DNA of 34,076 nt, filler included, from an uncultured virus (IMG/VR IMGVR_UViG_2049941000_000254) (taxonomy: Duplodnaviria > Heunggongvirae > Uroviricota > Caudoviricetes). It is 4 parts of one record of this genome, joined end to end, with 100 filler letters (N's around TTAATTAATTAA, not from the genome) between each part and the next. Parts side by side here need not be neighbours in the genome. Positions count along the whole stretch, not along the records: positions 1 to 21,352 come from IMGVR_UViG_2049941000_000254; 3 more parts are not named here. The stretch is one strand, 5' to 3'. Of the stretch, positions 1 to 10,529 are shown one piece after another; the first letter of the stretch is position 1, and each line of letters opens with the position of its first letter. The translations under genes and the position numbers were made by a program. The notes under the pieces are model-generated. The model saw only the letters and a program-made list of their open reading frames with translations. It had not been told where the DNA came from and did no database searches.

Positions 1-379
1 TCGTGCCGTCCGGCGTGAGCACGGTCATTCCGAAGGTGACGGGGGACTCGGTGATCACGTGGATGTCTCCGACATATAGGCACAGCCGGTTCACGGCCTG
101 GTTTGCCGCCAGGCGGTCCTTCAGGTCCCTGATTTCGGCCCTGTGCCTGTCCTGCAGCTTTTGGTACCTGGCGTGCTGTCCGCGGCAGTATTCGATGATC
201 TTGTCGATTCCGTCGGTCCCCAGGCGGTTCTTGAGCGATCGGACCCGGTTCTCAATCTGTTCGCCGAAGCATGTGCCGATATGCTCGATTGTCTCCATAT
301 ATTCCGGATTGAACAGGATGTCAGCGCTGTCGATGGCGGCACGGATTGAATCTATGAGTTCCTGCTTGGTTTTAGCCAT
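1..379 (-). CDS. hypothetical protein, runs off window edge (MAKTKQELIDSIRAAID...)
   Basis: ATG at 379 preceded by GAGG SD and promoter 403-431; frame open to window start. Confidence 0.7.
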   Translation of the reverse strand, partial: MAKTKQELIDSIRAAIDSADILFNPEYMETIEHIGTCFGEQIENRVRSLKNRLGTDGIDKIIEYCRGQHARYQKLQDRHRAEIRDLKDRLAANQAVNRLCLYVGDIHVITESPVTFGMTVLTPDGT

Positions 380-402
380 AATTTTGTCCTCTTTTTAGGG
401 AA

Positions 403-431
403 AATGTAGCAAATGGCTGTCCAGGTGGCAA
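403..431 (-). promoter_or_regulatory. sigma70-like promoter, extended -10 (leadered class)
   Basis: TTGCCA-N17-TACATT with TTTGC before the -10; same motif recurs 7 more times. Confidence 0.75.
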
Positions 432-447
432 CCGTTTGGAATTCCGG

Positions 448-708
448 CTATGTTGCCGGGCCGCGGGCGGTTCGGTGGCATTGTGGTGATAGGCCCCATG
501 CGGCGAGTTCTACCATGCGGGCCTTGTCGGCGATTTCGGGGTAACGTTTCCTGAGGGCCTCGCGGGCGAGGTTGAGGAGTGTATGGGCCCGGTCGAACTG
601 GAAGAACACGGTACGCTGCATGTTGTCCTCCGCGTACTGCTTTCCGCGGGGGTCGACGAACACGGCGTACCAGATGTTCGGGTTATTCGATGTCGAAGAG
701 TTGCTCAT
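448..708 (-). CDS. hypothetical protein
   Basis: GAGG-cct-ATG start (MSNSSTSNNPNIWYAVF...). Confidence 0.55.
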   Translation of the reverse strand: MSNSSTSNNPNIWYAVFVDPRGKQYAEDNMQRTVFFQFDRAHTLLNLAREALRKRYPEIADKARMVELAAWGLSPQCHRTARGPAT

Positions 709-1096
709 AGGCCTCGTCCAGTGAGATTCCGAGCTGGTCGGGTTCGGGCAAGTCCATTTCGTAGAAGGACTTGGTGTTTGCATCGTAGCCCCAGATGGAA
801 ATGTCCTCGATCTTGAACCGGTTGCATGGGTCATAGAAGCTGCCGTCGAGGTAGAACTCCAAGGCGTCGCTAATCTTGCCCACNNNNNNNNNNNNNNNNN
901 NNNNNNNNNNNNNNNNNNNNNNNNNNNNNNNNNNNNNNNNNNGGTCGCGGTAGTTGGCCATGACGCACAGCCTTGCGAGTTCGGTCTTGGTGGGGAAGCC
1001 CGTTATCGGCGAAGTGGATACCGTGATGTAGTCCGCGTCCCTCTGGTCGATCTCGAACTTGATGACGTAGAAGGACTTGTCCTTGCGCCGGTTCAT
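683..1096 (-). CDS. hypothetical protein (contains N gap)
   Basis: ORF track; protein-like composition on both sides of the gap. Confidence 0.55.
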   Translation of the reverse strand: MNRRKDKSFYVIKFEIDQRDADYITVSTSPITGFPTKTELARLCVMANYRDXXXXXXXXXXXXXXXXXXXXVGKISDALEFYLDGSFYDPCNRFKIEDISIWGYDANTKSFYEMDLPEPDQLGISLDEAYEQLFDIE

Positions 1097-1804
1097 NNNN
1101 NNNNNNNNNNNNNNNNNNNNNNNNNNNNNNNNNNNNNNNNNNNNNNNNNNNNNNNNNNNNNNNNNNNNNNNNNNNNNNNNNNNNNNNNNNNNNNNNNNNN
1201 NNNNNNNNNNNNNNNNNNNNNNNNNNNNNNNNNNNNNNNNNNNNNNNNNNNNNNNNNNNNNNNNNNNNNNNNNNNNNNNNNNNNNNNNNNNNNNNNNNNN
1301 NNNNNNNNNNNNNNNNNNNNNNNNNNNNNNNNNNNNNNNNNNNNNNNNNNNNNNNNNNNNNNNNNNNNNNNNNNNNNNNNNNNNNNNNNNNNNNNNNNNN
1401 NNNNNNNNNNNNNNNNNNNNNNNNNNNNNNNNNNNNNNNNNNNNNNNNNNNNNNNNNNNNNNNNNNNNNNNNNNNNNNNNNNNNNNNNNNCGCAGAGAAT
1501 CAATGCCTCCTCCACGGTTTGAGCGGTGACTATGTTCAGTTTGAACTCATCTCCAACGGAATATTGAATGACGTACCTTCTCATTTTGTCTCCTATGCAT
1601 GCTGGATCGGTTCCTGCCAATGGTAGGCCTCGGTGCTCATCTGGACAGTATCTACGACAAGTAGATCCAGATTAGAGAACCTGAAACCCTTGGAATTTAT
1701 GACCTCATAGGCCGAAATTCCGGGTTTTTTATTTATGTAGTGATAGAGGTAGCGGATGACCATGCCGTGCGACATGACCCGAAACCGGCGGAAGNNNNNN
1801 NNNN

Positions 1805-2997
1805 TTGAATTTGACTAATGCATGGGTCTTCTCCTCCAGCTTGAAGAAACCATCCACGGTAGCCTCGGCCACTCGCACCTTCCCGGAACTGGTACCGAGG
1901 TGTCTCGGGGTTCCTGCAGGTACACGGAGCCTGGCGATGACCGGGATGCGCCGTGAAGTGCCCAGAGCAAGCAGTTTACTGCAGAATGGCAGTTTCACGC
2001 TAATTCCCGGTATATACCATACTTTCTTATAGAGCGTGAGTTTGTCCTGGCTCTCCTCCCACTTGCCTTCGCACTCTGTCGGGAACATATGCACCGGGAA
2101 TACGGAACCGGAGAAATCGGGTACGGTCGTAAGGGTGGTCTGGTATGCCTTGATGGCGCCGACATGGCCGTTCGGGGCACATCCCTGGACCGTCAGGGTG
2201 TCTATCGTGGAATTGGAAATCTCGATGAACCCGAAAGCGGTATCGTTCAGCTTCATTGCCGGGATGGACGATGTGCTCACGTCCATTGCACAGATTTTGC
2301 ATTTGTTCAATTCTACGTTTCCATTATGGTCGAGAATGAAGATACCTATGTTGGAACACCCGAACATATACTCGCTACACCACTCATCATGTTCCCGTTC
2401 GTAGCCCGTGTGGCATACATTCTCCATGTAAATCATGTTACCGTGGCGGAAGAACAATGTGTCGTCGAACGACGAGTCCACTATGCGAATGTCGGAATGT
2501 CCGCCAATGCCGTGGTAATTGCCATAAAAGCGCAATGCGTGACAGGCATGCGACCGGACAATTTCGCATGTATGGCCTACATGCAGGACGGCATCGGCAT
2601 GAAATGTGCAACCATCAAAGACGATATCGCGAGGAAGGTACATATGCATGCCCGCGCAACCGTAAAAGTGGCAATTTTCATAAACAATTCTGCACTTCGG
2701 GGGAGAGCACCGTGCTGAAACGGTATCGAGCCAGTTTACTATGTTGAAATTCACCCCGGTAACTCGTAACCCGTTTTCATCCTCGATCCCATGCTTCATT
2801 GCATATTTTTCGAGTGGATTTGGTTCGGTGTACGAATATGGATATGCTCCAATCACGACTTCATTGGCAACAAATTCAAACGGCTTACCGCGCATTTGGC
2901 TATCTGCGGGCATCGTGGATTTTGAACCGGACCGGTGTTTGGGGTGCACAGTTTTCTTCACAGTCTTTGCGTAAGTCTTCTTTTTGTATTGTTTCAT
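1805..2997 (-). CDS. beta-helix-like repeat protein with DUF5758-like C-terminal segment (3' end lost in gap)
   Basis: GGAGG SD before MKQYKKK; repeated 'ENCHF/DGCTF/DSSF' strands; 'LYKKV...VIARLRVPAGTPR...GKVRVAEATV' resembles the DUF5758 segment of 33569-34076. Confidence 0.55.
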
Positions 2998-3070
2998 ATA
3001 TTTAACCCTCCACACTCATTTAGTTCCGTAATTTGTTGAACCGATCTTCCACCGGGAGTACAGCTTGTTT

Positions 3071-3559
3071 TCAGTCATCCGTGGCATTGCGTCTTTCCTT
3101 TTTGAGCCATGTACATTCATCGAGCCACCCATGTGCCCATGCATAGCGGCACTCGTTGGGGTACTGTTCACGGAAGTCCTTCATGGTCTTGAACTTGCGT
3201 GCGACCTTGACGATATCGTCCTTGGTGCGGTAGTGCTTGACGCCGACTTCCCTTTCGAGCCAGGTGAACGACTGGAGCCATCCGTTCCTTACCGAAGTGA
3301 CGTAGGCCGAGACATCCTTGGTACGGAAGTCTCGCAGCGTATTGTACTTCTTTGCGATGTCCCGGCATTCCGCTTCAGTGAGGGAATTCCGCTTCACTCT
3401 TTCCCTAGTAAGCCAAGTATACGAATCAATCCACCCTTCCCGTTGTGCCTTCGTGGCGGCACTGCGACAAGTGGACCAGAATTCCTTCATAGTCTTGCAT
3501 GACCGGGCAACATTTTCACAGTGTTCCTTGGTGCGTTTTGTCATAACTCGAGGTACCAT
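3071..3559 (-). CDS. three-repeat protein resembling the helical repeat modules of phage homing-endonuclease-like proteins; no nuclease domain
   Basis: three ~45-aa repeats T..(C/I)..(V/I)A.K..T..(D/E)F......Y..A...GW(L/I)....WL. Confidence 0.6.
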   Translation of the reverse strand: MVPRVMTKRTKEHCENVARSCKTMKEFWSTCRSAATKAQREGWIDSYTWLTRERVKRNSLTEAECRDIAKKYNTLRDFRTKDVSAYVTSVRNGWLQSFTWLEREVGVKHYRTKDDIVKVARKFKTMKDFREQYPNECRYAWAHGWLDECTWLKKERRNATDD

Positions 3560-3721
3560 GATTTGAAATGCCGTTTACTGGTCCTTCTTGGGCTTCCTGC
3601 CCCTGTTGGACTTCTCGGCGATTACGACCGTGGGCTGGAAATTGTCGATGTCGTCCCATTTTTCGCGGTTGTCGAGGCACCACTGCACCATATCTCGGCA
3701 TTCGTCGCCGTNNNNNNNNNN

Positions 3722-4545
3722 TCGGTTTCCGTCCAAAGTTTAAGGAACGCTCCGACTGTTTTACATCTCGGGTCGCTGGTAAAATCGTCGGGAACCTTTC
3801 CCATGTAGAAGAAATCCCTGCGGTCCGCCGGACCGTTCCCTATCTTGGTCGTAAGGTAATACCCGCAGTAATACCGGTCGTTTATGCCAAACTCCGGTTC
3901 GAGCCAGGTCCGGCCATCCAGAATGATCCTTTCGTTGCGTACCCAGTCGATAGTACGCCCCCACGTATTTCCCTGGCTTTCGCCTTTGTAATGCGGGAGC
4001 CCGTTTTTCCTGAATTCGCTAATCGTGTCGAACCCGTCCGGGCGAGGGAACATGTCCTTGTGCATGATGTATTCCGTCGGCTTCTCCGGCAGCAGCATTG
4101 CGAACGTGTTCGCGTTTTTCACGTAGACGCCAAATTCCGGGTAGAAATCGTCATACCGGTGCCCGTCCCAGATACTGAACAGGCCCACGTTGTCGAACCA
4201 CCGGTCTTCCCACACCTTGCCGTCCTTGATTATGCCGTAGGCGCCGGCATCGTTGATGACGAGGTCGAGATACAGGTTGCGCTGATGGTAAAAACTCACA
4301 CTCATCGTGTGGGTGTGGTCATCGGTGAACCGTTCCCGGATTGTCCGGCTGCGTGTCCACAGACGCCGGACCTTGACCACGCCAGGTAGCGCCTTGTACT
4401 TCGTGAACAGTTCAAAATCCTTACGGAGTTCCTTGTGGACAAAATCCAAGAATGACTTGGGGTTATTTCCGTCGGCAAGGAACATGGTCATTTCGGTACG
4501 CAGGTCCGGCCGGAAACTTTCGATGAATTCTTCGTATTTGCTCAT
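3722..4545 (-). CDS. hypothetical protein (3' end in gap)
   Basis: long ORF with GAGGA SD. Confidence 0.7.
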
Positions 4546-4784
4546 TCGGTTTAAGTCCTCTGTTTAAACCACAGATTCCAAAGCAGATGGAATGTTAATC
4601 ATCAGTTCTTACATGTTTTCTATCATTATGCTTCATGATATAATCATAATCAACACAGTCTTCAAGTTTTTCTTCGACAATTTCATAACCATCATCGATA
4701 CACTCATCAGGGTTAACCATTTTTAATTTATATTTTTCAATAATTGAATTAATAAGCTGTTTATCGGTAGACTTNNNNNNNNNN

Positions 4785-5267
4785 GCCCATGAGGTCGATG
4801 CAGAGCCATGCGCTGTCCTTCCAGAGGTCATCGCCCTTGTCGAGGAGTTCCTTGAACTGGGGAATCATCATGCGGCCCATGGGACTCCCGGTCATGTGGC
4901 GGCTTGCGAGTGCAAGGTATGGTGCTTCGGGATTATAGAGTTCCTTGAAGTTACACTGGGAGAGGATGTAGGTGAGGACGCCGGCATTGCCGTACGGGTA
5001 CTTGGTGAGGCTCGTGGGCATGATGGCCTCCATGGACTCGATGACCTTCTGTTTCTTGAGTACCGCTGTGTTTGCACGGTCGATGGTCGTGTTGGCGAGT
5101 TCGGTGATTGTCTTCATGAGGAACTTCACGTTCTCGTCGGAACGGGAGGCGAAGGATCGCATCATGAGGAACAGGATCTTGGGAGCATTTCCGGAACGGA
5201 GGAGTTCCGCCATCATGCCCACTTCTTCCTGCGTAAGCTGTAAGTCCAATACTTGATTTAGTTCCAT
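4785..5267 (-). CDS. hypothetical protein, probable leaderless start (3' end in gap)
   Basis: ATG 6 nt downstream of TATATT, no SD; MELNQVLDLQL... Confidence 0.65.
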
Positions 5268-5273
5268 GTTCAA

Positions 5274-5302
5274 AATATAGCAAAGCCCCGTCGCGTTGGC
5301 AA
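5274..5302 (-). promoter_or_regulatory. promoter (leaderless class) overlapping a hairpin
   Basis: TTGCCA-N17-TATATT-N6-ATG; CCCTGTTGC-caac-GCGACGGGG hairpin spans the -35. Confidence 0.7.
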
Positions 5303-5333
5303 CAGGGATGCGAAATAATTAAAATGGACTATG

Positions 5334-5972
5334 TCAATCCAGAGTATTTTCCGTACTTCCACCGAGCACGGTGCACATCGTCTGCATTAGGCCTTCCAGG
5401 TCCTTGTATGCCTTGTTAATGTAAGTGGCAGCCTTGTCGCAGTCCAGGAACTCGACGATTTCATCAAAATGGATCGTGGTGGAGGTGTTGATACACGCCC
5501 TGGAACCCGTACCTTTCGGATCATACACGAACATGTCCACCCTGCACATTGCACTGATGCTGGTTGCGTTCTCGACTTCGTTGACGATGGCAACCATGAA
5601 ACGCTCGCCGGAACGCGCCCTATCCATGTCGCTAAGACAAAATCCGGTGAACATGTCATGGGGGACGAGAAGCAACTTCTTCCCTTCCATAAACTGCTTG
5701 GCATATTCCATGTACTGCGCATTGAAAATGTCACTGCCGACATTTTCGTACTGCTTAATCTTGGACTTGAGATTGGACACCTTGCGTTCGGCAGCCCCGA
5801 GCTCCTTTTCCAGGGCTTCCTTCTGTGCACAGGCCTTTTCATATTCTTCATGGTGCTTCTCGATTACGGGAAGCGAAAAGGCCATGCGTTTATCTTTGTC
5901 GGCCGCATGATAATATCTGCGTTCGAATTCTTTGTATAGTCTGGTATCTGTAATATCCATATAGTCCTCCAC
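5334..5972 (-). CDS. hypothetical coiled-coil protein (5' end at gap)
   Basis: ORF track. Confidence 0.65.
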   Translation of the reverse strand: MEDYMDITDTRLYKEFERRYYHAADKDKRMAFSLPVIEKHHEEYEKACAQKEALEKELGAAERKVSNLKSKIKQYENVGSDIFNAQYMEYAKQFMEGKKLLLVPHDMFTGFCLSDMDRARSGERFMVAIVNEVENATSISAMCRVDMFVYDPKGTGSRACINTSTTIHFDEIVEFLDCDKAATYINKAYKDLEGLMQTMCTVLGGSTENTLD

Positions 5973-6253
5973 NNNNNNNNNNACTTCTTTATAGTAATAA
6001 TGGTCAGGATCTCCCTTACCCACAAACTGCATTTCTCTGTATCTTAGAACATAAAAATAATTAACCATAAATTTCCTCATTGTTTTAAGTTATCTTTTTG
6101 GGAGTACCACTAAACCTAATGATGTATATGCAATGCACGACGGCGTTCCTCGTCCTCGGTACGTTGCCGTTCAATGCAGTTTTCTCGAAGTTTTTCAAGC
6201 GATTTCTGGAAGTCAATGCCATTATCCAGGTTTTTGAGTACCCNNNNNNNNNN

Positions 6254-6599
6254 CACCTGCAATGAATAAGGGATATGCATCGACAAGGTTCAGCGAATCC
6301 GTGTGGTAAGTGAGCTTCTCGTGCGTATAGTCGTCTTCTCTTTCGCTGTACACCCGAGAAGTTTGAAGTGTATCATTTTCGGTGCCATTAAGCAGGAGAG
6401 TGGCATAGGCAGTGACCGCGTCTTTACCCGTACACCAGTCCAATGGGGATACCGAATAGAAATAACTTTTGAAATCGAATAGGTGGCCCTCGGGCTCAAC
6501 CTGTTTGCCGACGGCTTCGAATGTCTTCCTCATATATACAGGCTTTCCCTCGGAATATGCTTTCAGTATGGCCAACTGTTCTTCAATGCTCATGGGCAT
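6254..6599 (-). CDS. hypothetical phage protein (3' end in gap)
   Basis: GGAGG SD; 'EEQLAILKAYSEGKPV...FDFKSYFY' resembles a common small phage family. Confidence 0.6.
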
Positions 6600-6608
6600 T
6601 TCAGCCTC

Positions 6609-7463
6609 CTATCCCTTGAAGCCGGGAAGAACATCGAACAGTTCGTCTGATTCCGGCGCGGCATCGCACAATTCTTCCGTCATGGAATCGACGGCTTCAT
6701 CGATTTCCTCGTCGGCAGGAATCACCTTGTCACAGCAATCATCCGGCTCAGCGATGAGTTTCTTCACTTCCTTGCGGAACGCGGCCTTGTCCTCGTCGGA
6801 ACCGAACCACTTGACAAGGTCGCTCATGCGGAAGCCGGTTTCGTCATAGAGTTCATCCTCCTCGTGGCGAAATTTGAGGAGCTTTTCCTGGAGTTTTTCC
6901 TCAGGATTTTTCTTCTCGTATTTCTCGGGGTCGAGACCGCAGGTCTTGATCTGCTTTATGATGTTAGCGTACTTGGACTTGACCTCGTCGCGGTACTTGG
7001 CAATCTTCGCGTCACGAGCAGATTCGAGTTTTTCCACTATCTGGTTGATGGTCGCCTCGGTAACGAGTGTTATCGGCTCCGGCTTCATGCGCTTGTCGTT
7101 CTCACCCGGGAATTCCTCGTATTTGAGGTCGAAACCACAGGAATCCCAGGTATGACCATCACCAAACAGCTTGATGCCGTCACCATGGAACCTGATGTCC
7201 CACTTCATGAACTTGATGTAATCGACCATGAGAATTTCAACAGAATCACCATGGTCGCGCATGATGCGCTGTCCGACGTAGCTCTCGATCTTCTTCACCA
7301 CGTCCTCTCCGTGTGTGAGGCACATGATGTCCCGTTTGAGATTGTGGATGTGGGCCTCGCGGCCTTTCCAGTATTTGTCGTAGTCAGCCTTGGCAGCATG
7401 GTAGTTGTTTAGCTCGGCCTTGATACCTTTGAGCAGTTCGGTTTTTCTTTCCTGTGATAGCAT
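6609..7463 (-). CDS. hypothetical protein
   Basis: 284-aa ORF, AAGGAG SD, strong codon bias. Confidence 0.75.
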   Translation of the reverse strand: MLSQERKTELLKGIKAELNNYHAAKADYDKYWKGREAHIHNLKRDIMCLTHGEDVVKKIESYVGQRIMRDHGDSVEILMVDYIKFMKWDIRFHGDGIKLFGDGHTWDSCGFDLKYEEFPGENDKRMKPEPITLVTEATINQIVEKLESARDAKIAKYRDEVKSKYANIIKQIKTCGLDPEKYEKKNPEEKLQEKLLKFRHEEDELYDETGFRMSDLVKWFGSDEDKAAFRKEVKKLIAEPDDCCDKVIPADEEIDEAVDSMTEELCDAAPESDELFDVLPGFKG

Positions 7464-7474
7464 GTTGTATCTCC

Positions 7475-7687
7475 TTAGATTTCAGTGTCCAGCCATTCGC
7501 CGAAACGGCGGGCCAATTTGGCAACAACAATCACCGCAGTCAGGATGAATACGAATACCAGTTCGCCACCGAGCAGAAGTGTGTCGGCATGCTCGATTCC
7601 GAGGGCCTCCCCGCCAACGATTATGACGAAGATGAAGACCACCCAGACGGCGAGCGTGCTGAAGAATATAACGTCCTTGTGTTTCAT
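7475..7687 (-). CDS. small two-TM membrane protein whose ATG is the ATGAA motif abutting IscB element copy 1
   Basis: MKHKDVIFFSTLAVWVVFIFVIIVGG...; two hydrophobic stretches. Confidence 0.65.
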   Translation of the reverse strand: MKHKDVIFFSTLAVWVVFIFVIIVGGEALGIEHADTLLLGGELVFVFILTAVIVVAKLARRFGEWLDTEI

Positions 7688-8022
7688 AGAAATGTATGCA
7701 GTGCGGGAACTCACCCATCTTTAGTGGGTGAGGGAAGCACTGCTTCCTCCATTATGTTAGAGTTGTTGTGGTTGATTAAAATTAGATGTTTGTAGCTGAC
7801 TGAACCGGCAAGGAGATGCCCGTAAATATCCGAGAGCGAGAAGTAACCCGACTGTCTACGTGCCTTCACGAAGCAAGGTCGTCCGGCATAAGCCACGGAA
7901 TCCATCAGTCTATATCCATGTACCTCCCGAGGTGCCTGATTGTTCTTCCGGATGCCACCATTGAGTATGGATGCCTTGTGAATCTGCCTGTTGTTGACAC
8001 GCAGCTTTCTGATAATCCAGTA
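7688..8022 (-). mobile_element. iscB: IscB element copy 1: 3' end of iscB plus terminal hairpin; remainder in N gap
   Basis: YWIIRKLRVNNRQIHKASIL...EEAVLPSPTKDG* nearly identical to C-terminus of 10526-11839; CTCACCCACTAAAGATGGGTGAG hairpin. Confidence 0.9.
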
Positions 8023-8368
8023 NNNNNNNNNNNNNNNNNNNNNNNNNNNNNNNNNNNNNNNNNNNNNNNNNNNNNNNNNNNNNNNNNNNNNNNNNNNNNN
8101 NNNNNNNNNNNNNNNNNNNNNNNNNNNNNNNNNNNNNNNNNNNNNNNNNNNNNNNNNNNNNNNNNNNNNNNNNNNNNNNNNNNNNNNNNNNNNNNNNNNN
8201 NNNNNNNNNNNNNNNNNNNNNNNNNNNNNNNNNNNNNNNNNNNNNNNNNNNNNNNNNNNNNNNNNNNNNNNNNNNNNNNNNNNNNNNNNNNNNNNNNNNN
8301 NNNNNNNNNNNNNNNNNNNNNNNNNNNNNATTTCCACCAAAGAATAAACTTCTTTCAGGAGGTTCCAG

Positions 8369-8929
8369 ATGGACGATACAGAACAGCTAGAAGTCGAAGT
8401 CGAAGTCGATACCGAAGAACGAATCATCAGGCTGACCGGGGAAATTACGGAGGAGTCAGCCGACAAGTGCATCAGGTCCCTCCACGAACTGTGTAATGAG
8501 CCCGGAGAGATAACGATGGTTATTTGCAGTGACGGTGGCTCCCCTGCCGAGGGATTCCGCATCATCGATGCAATGGCAATAGCTCGTACAAAGGAATGCC
8601 CGGTGAACACTGTAGTATCCGGCAAGGCAAGTTCAATGGGTGCCATAATTTTCTGCGCCGGAGTTCATCGGACGATCTACAGGCATGCCAGGATAATGAT
8701 CCACCCCGCCTACTTCACCGACGACAGCGGTGGCATCACTAGCCGCAACGGCGCGATGAACATGGTGCTTGAAATGGATTACTTCAACTCTCTTTTCATA
8801 AAACTGCTATCGAACATGTCCATCCCGCCCGATTTGCTTGACAGGATGATGCACGAGGATGTCTATATAGTCGCGGACGATGCCATAAAGTACGGCATTG
8901 CCCATGAGTTCGAAACCGAGATAATCTAG
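8369..8929 (+). CDS. clpP: ClpP-like serine protease
   Basis: ICSDGGS (cf. INSPGGS), GKASSMGA (catalytic Ser), RIMIHP (His), EDVY (Asp), DAIKYGIA. Confidence 0.85.
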   Translation: MDDTEQLEVEVEVDTEERIIRLTGEITEESADKCIRSLHELCNEPGEITMVICSDGGSPAEGFRIIDAMAIARTKECPVNTVVSGKASSMGAIIFCAGVHRTIYRHARIMIHPAYFTDDSGGITSRNGAMNMVLEMDYFNSLFIKLLSNMSIPPDLLDRMMHEDVYIVADDAIKYGIAHEFETEII

Positions 8930-8942
8930 GTGGCTATCACCG

Positions 8943-9203
8943 TTAAATCTTATGGGTATATAGCTTCCTTTGTTCATCTAGTAATTTAATTTCGTTCTGT
9001 ACTTCTCGTTTTTTGCCAACCATATAGGCAGCAACAATATAGTTGTGCAAATCACAGACCTTGGCATTGTCGCCGAGTTCTTTTAACTTCGTGAAAGCTT
9101 CTTGAGCAATAACTACCAATGATTTGTGGAACCCGCCATCAAAATCGTTCTTATTCTGTTCGAATAATTCTTCTAGTCTTTCTTGTTCTTCCAAATTAAC
9201 CAT
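8943..9203 (-). CDS. hypothetical protein
   Basis: GGAG SD, ORF track. Confidence 0.6.
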   Translation of the reverse strand: MVNLEEQERLEELFEQNKNDFDGGFHKSLVVIAQEAFTKLKELGDNAKVCDLHNYIVAAYMVGKKREVQNEIKLLDEQRKLYTHKI

Positions 9204-9284
9204 GATTATTCTCCAATCACATATGACATGCGATCATGCATTTTACCTAGTCTCGTTGAAAGCACCTTTAAACCGTCGTTCCTG

Positions 9285-9590
9285 TTAAATCATGCTGCGC
9301 ATCTTGCTCATCGATTCCGCGGCTGCTTCCGGGGAAGTATTGTCGATGTGTCCACGCTCGATAAGGTTCTTGCACGCGACCTTTATTGTGTAATCGACTT
9401 CCGAAGGGAGTACCTTACCCTGGATGCACCCGCTATTGGCAATCACGAGGGCGACCGCGAGCTTGCTTGCATCGTCAACAAATTCCGGATCCAACCCGAG
9501 ATTACGGTAGACACTTTCAACATCAACTCCTTCCGCGGCATGTTCAATAACTTTTGAGTATGCTTCTTCAAATGGTAAAACGAATGGCAT
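9285..9590 (-). CDS. hypothetical protein
   Basis: GAGGTG SD before ATG (MPFVLPFEEAY...). Confidence 0.6.
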   Translation of the reverse strand: MPFVLPFEEAYSKVIEHAAEGVDVESVYRNLGLDPEFVDDASKLAVALVIANSGCIQGKVLPSEVDYTIKVACKNLIERGHIDNTSPEAAAESMSKMRSMI

Positions 9591-9592
9591 AA

Positions 9593-9898
9593 TCACCTCA
9601 CTTCAAATGGTTCTGGGCGTAAAGGCTTTATCCACTTGCATGCAACCACCTTGTTCGGTTCAGACATGCCCGGGTACTTTTCCTTCCAGTCAAATGTAAC
9701 TTTATATTGCAATCTTGTCTCGTGACTTCCGTTGGTAATCAGAACTGTGGAAGTGCCTGCCTTACGATTGTTGACGATCTTTCCGCTATGGTAACCCTTG
9801 GCTTCCAGTTCTTTCAGCAGGACATCGAAATCCTTGCCTACCATATTTGCTGCCGCTAGTTCGCAACTCATGTCGATTGCTTCTTCCGTTTCGCTCAT
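9593..9898 (-). CDS. hypothetical protein
   Basis: ATGA overlap with upstream gene, GGAGG SD. Confidence 0.65.
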   Translation of the reverse strand: MSETEEAIDMSCELAAANMVGKDFDVLLKELEAKGYHSGKIVNNRKAGTSTVLITNGSHETRLQYKVTFDWKEKYPGMSEPNKVVACKWIKPLRPEPFEVR

Positions 9899-10128
9899 TT
9901 TTGATCCTCCATCAAACGCTTAAAGAGTTCAAGGTTCTTGATGCTTTCCCTGTAATTCGCATTCAGCAAAGCGGTCGCATCCATTTCCGCCTGCGTAACA
10001 TAATCTGGATAACCGTCATTTGATTTCATACGCTTGTCGCGTAGGCGCAATGGTACCGAGTTGTCTCTCAGTCGCTTGCGGAACTCCTCGATTGCGTTAT
10101 CTATGTCTTCTATATCCTTCTTCGCCAT
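9895..10128 (-). CDS. hypothetical protein
   Basis: TAATG stop/start overlap; MAKKDIEDIDNAIEEF... Confidence 0.6.
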   Translation of the reverse strand: MAKKDIEDIDNAIEEFRKRLRDNSVPLRLRDKRMKSNDGYPDYVTQAEMDATALLNANYRESIKNLELFKRLMEDQK

Positions 10129-10529
10129 TATTTCATCCCGCACATTCTGTCGATAACATCACGCCTCATGCCGTACTTTTGTGCAATGTCGTACCAGCGG
10201 CCACGGGTGGTACTGCATAGCCGATAAGGACCTATACGTTCTTCCGAATAAACAAACTTGAACATGTTGTTTCCAATCGGCTTCACTATGGCCATCTGTC
10301 CATCGGGTGCAACTTCGAAACCGTGGTCAATCATGTCGAGCTTCAGTTGGTGTAATGTTTTCGGGTTGTCGGCATATCCGAACAGCAGGGCAATCCGGAC
10401 GCTAGGCATACACCCTATGAGCAAGCATTTCGTAGGAACGACATGAACCTTGGTCATCAGGCGTTCACGGATACCCATGAGGAACTTGCACACGATTACG
10501 GTGTAAATAATTTTGGAAATAATCTTCAT
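10128..10529 (-). CDS. hypothetical protein; distal part of the gene interrupted by IscB copy 2 (first 5 codons at 12123-12137)
   Basis: starts at the ATGAA abutting the element; joins in frame to MSDVI on the other flank. Confidence 0.7.
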   Translation of the reverse strand: MKIISKIIYTVIVCKFLMGIRERLMTKVHVVPTKCLLIGCMPSVRIALLFGYADNPKTLHQLKLDMIDHGFEVAPDGQMAIVKPIGNNMFKFVYSEERIGPYRLCSTTRGRWYDIAQKYGMRRDVIDRMCGMK

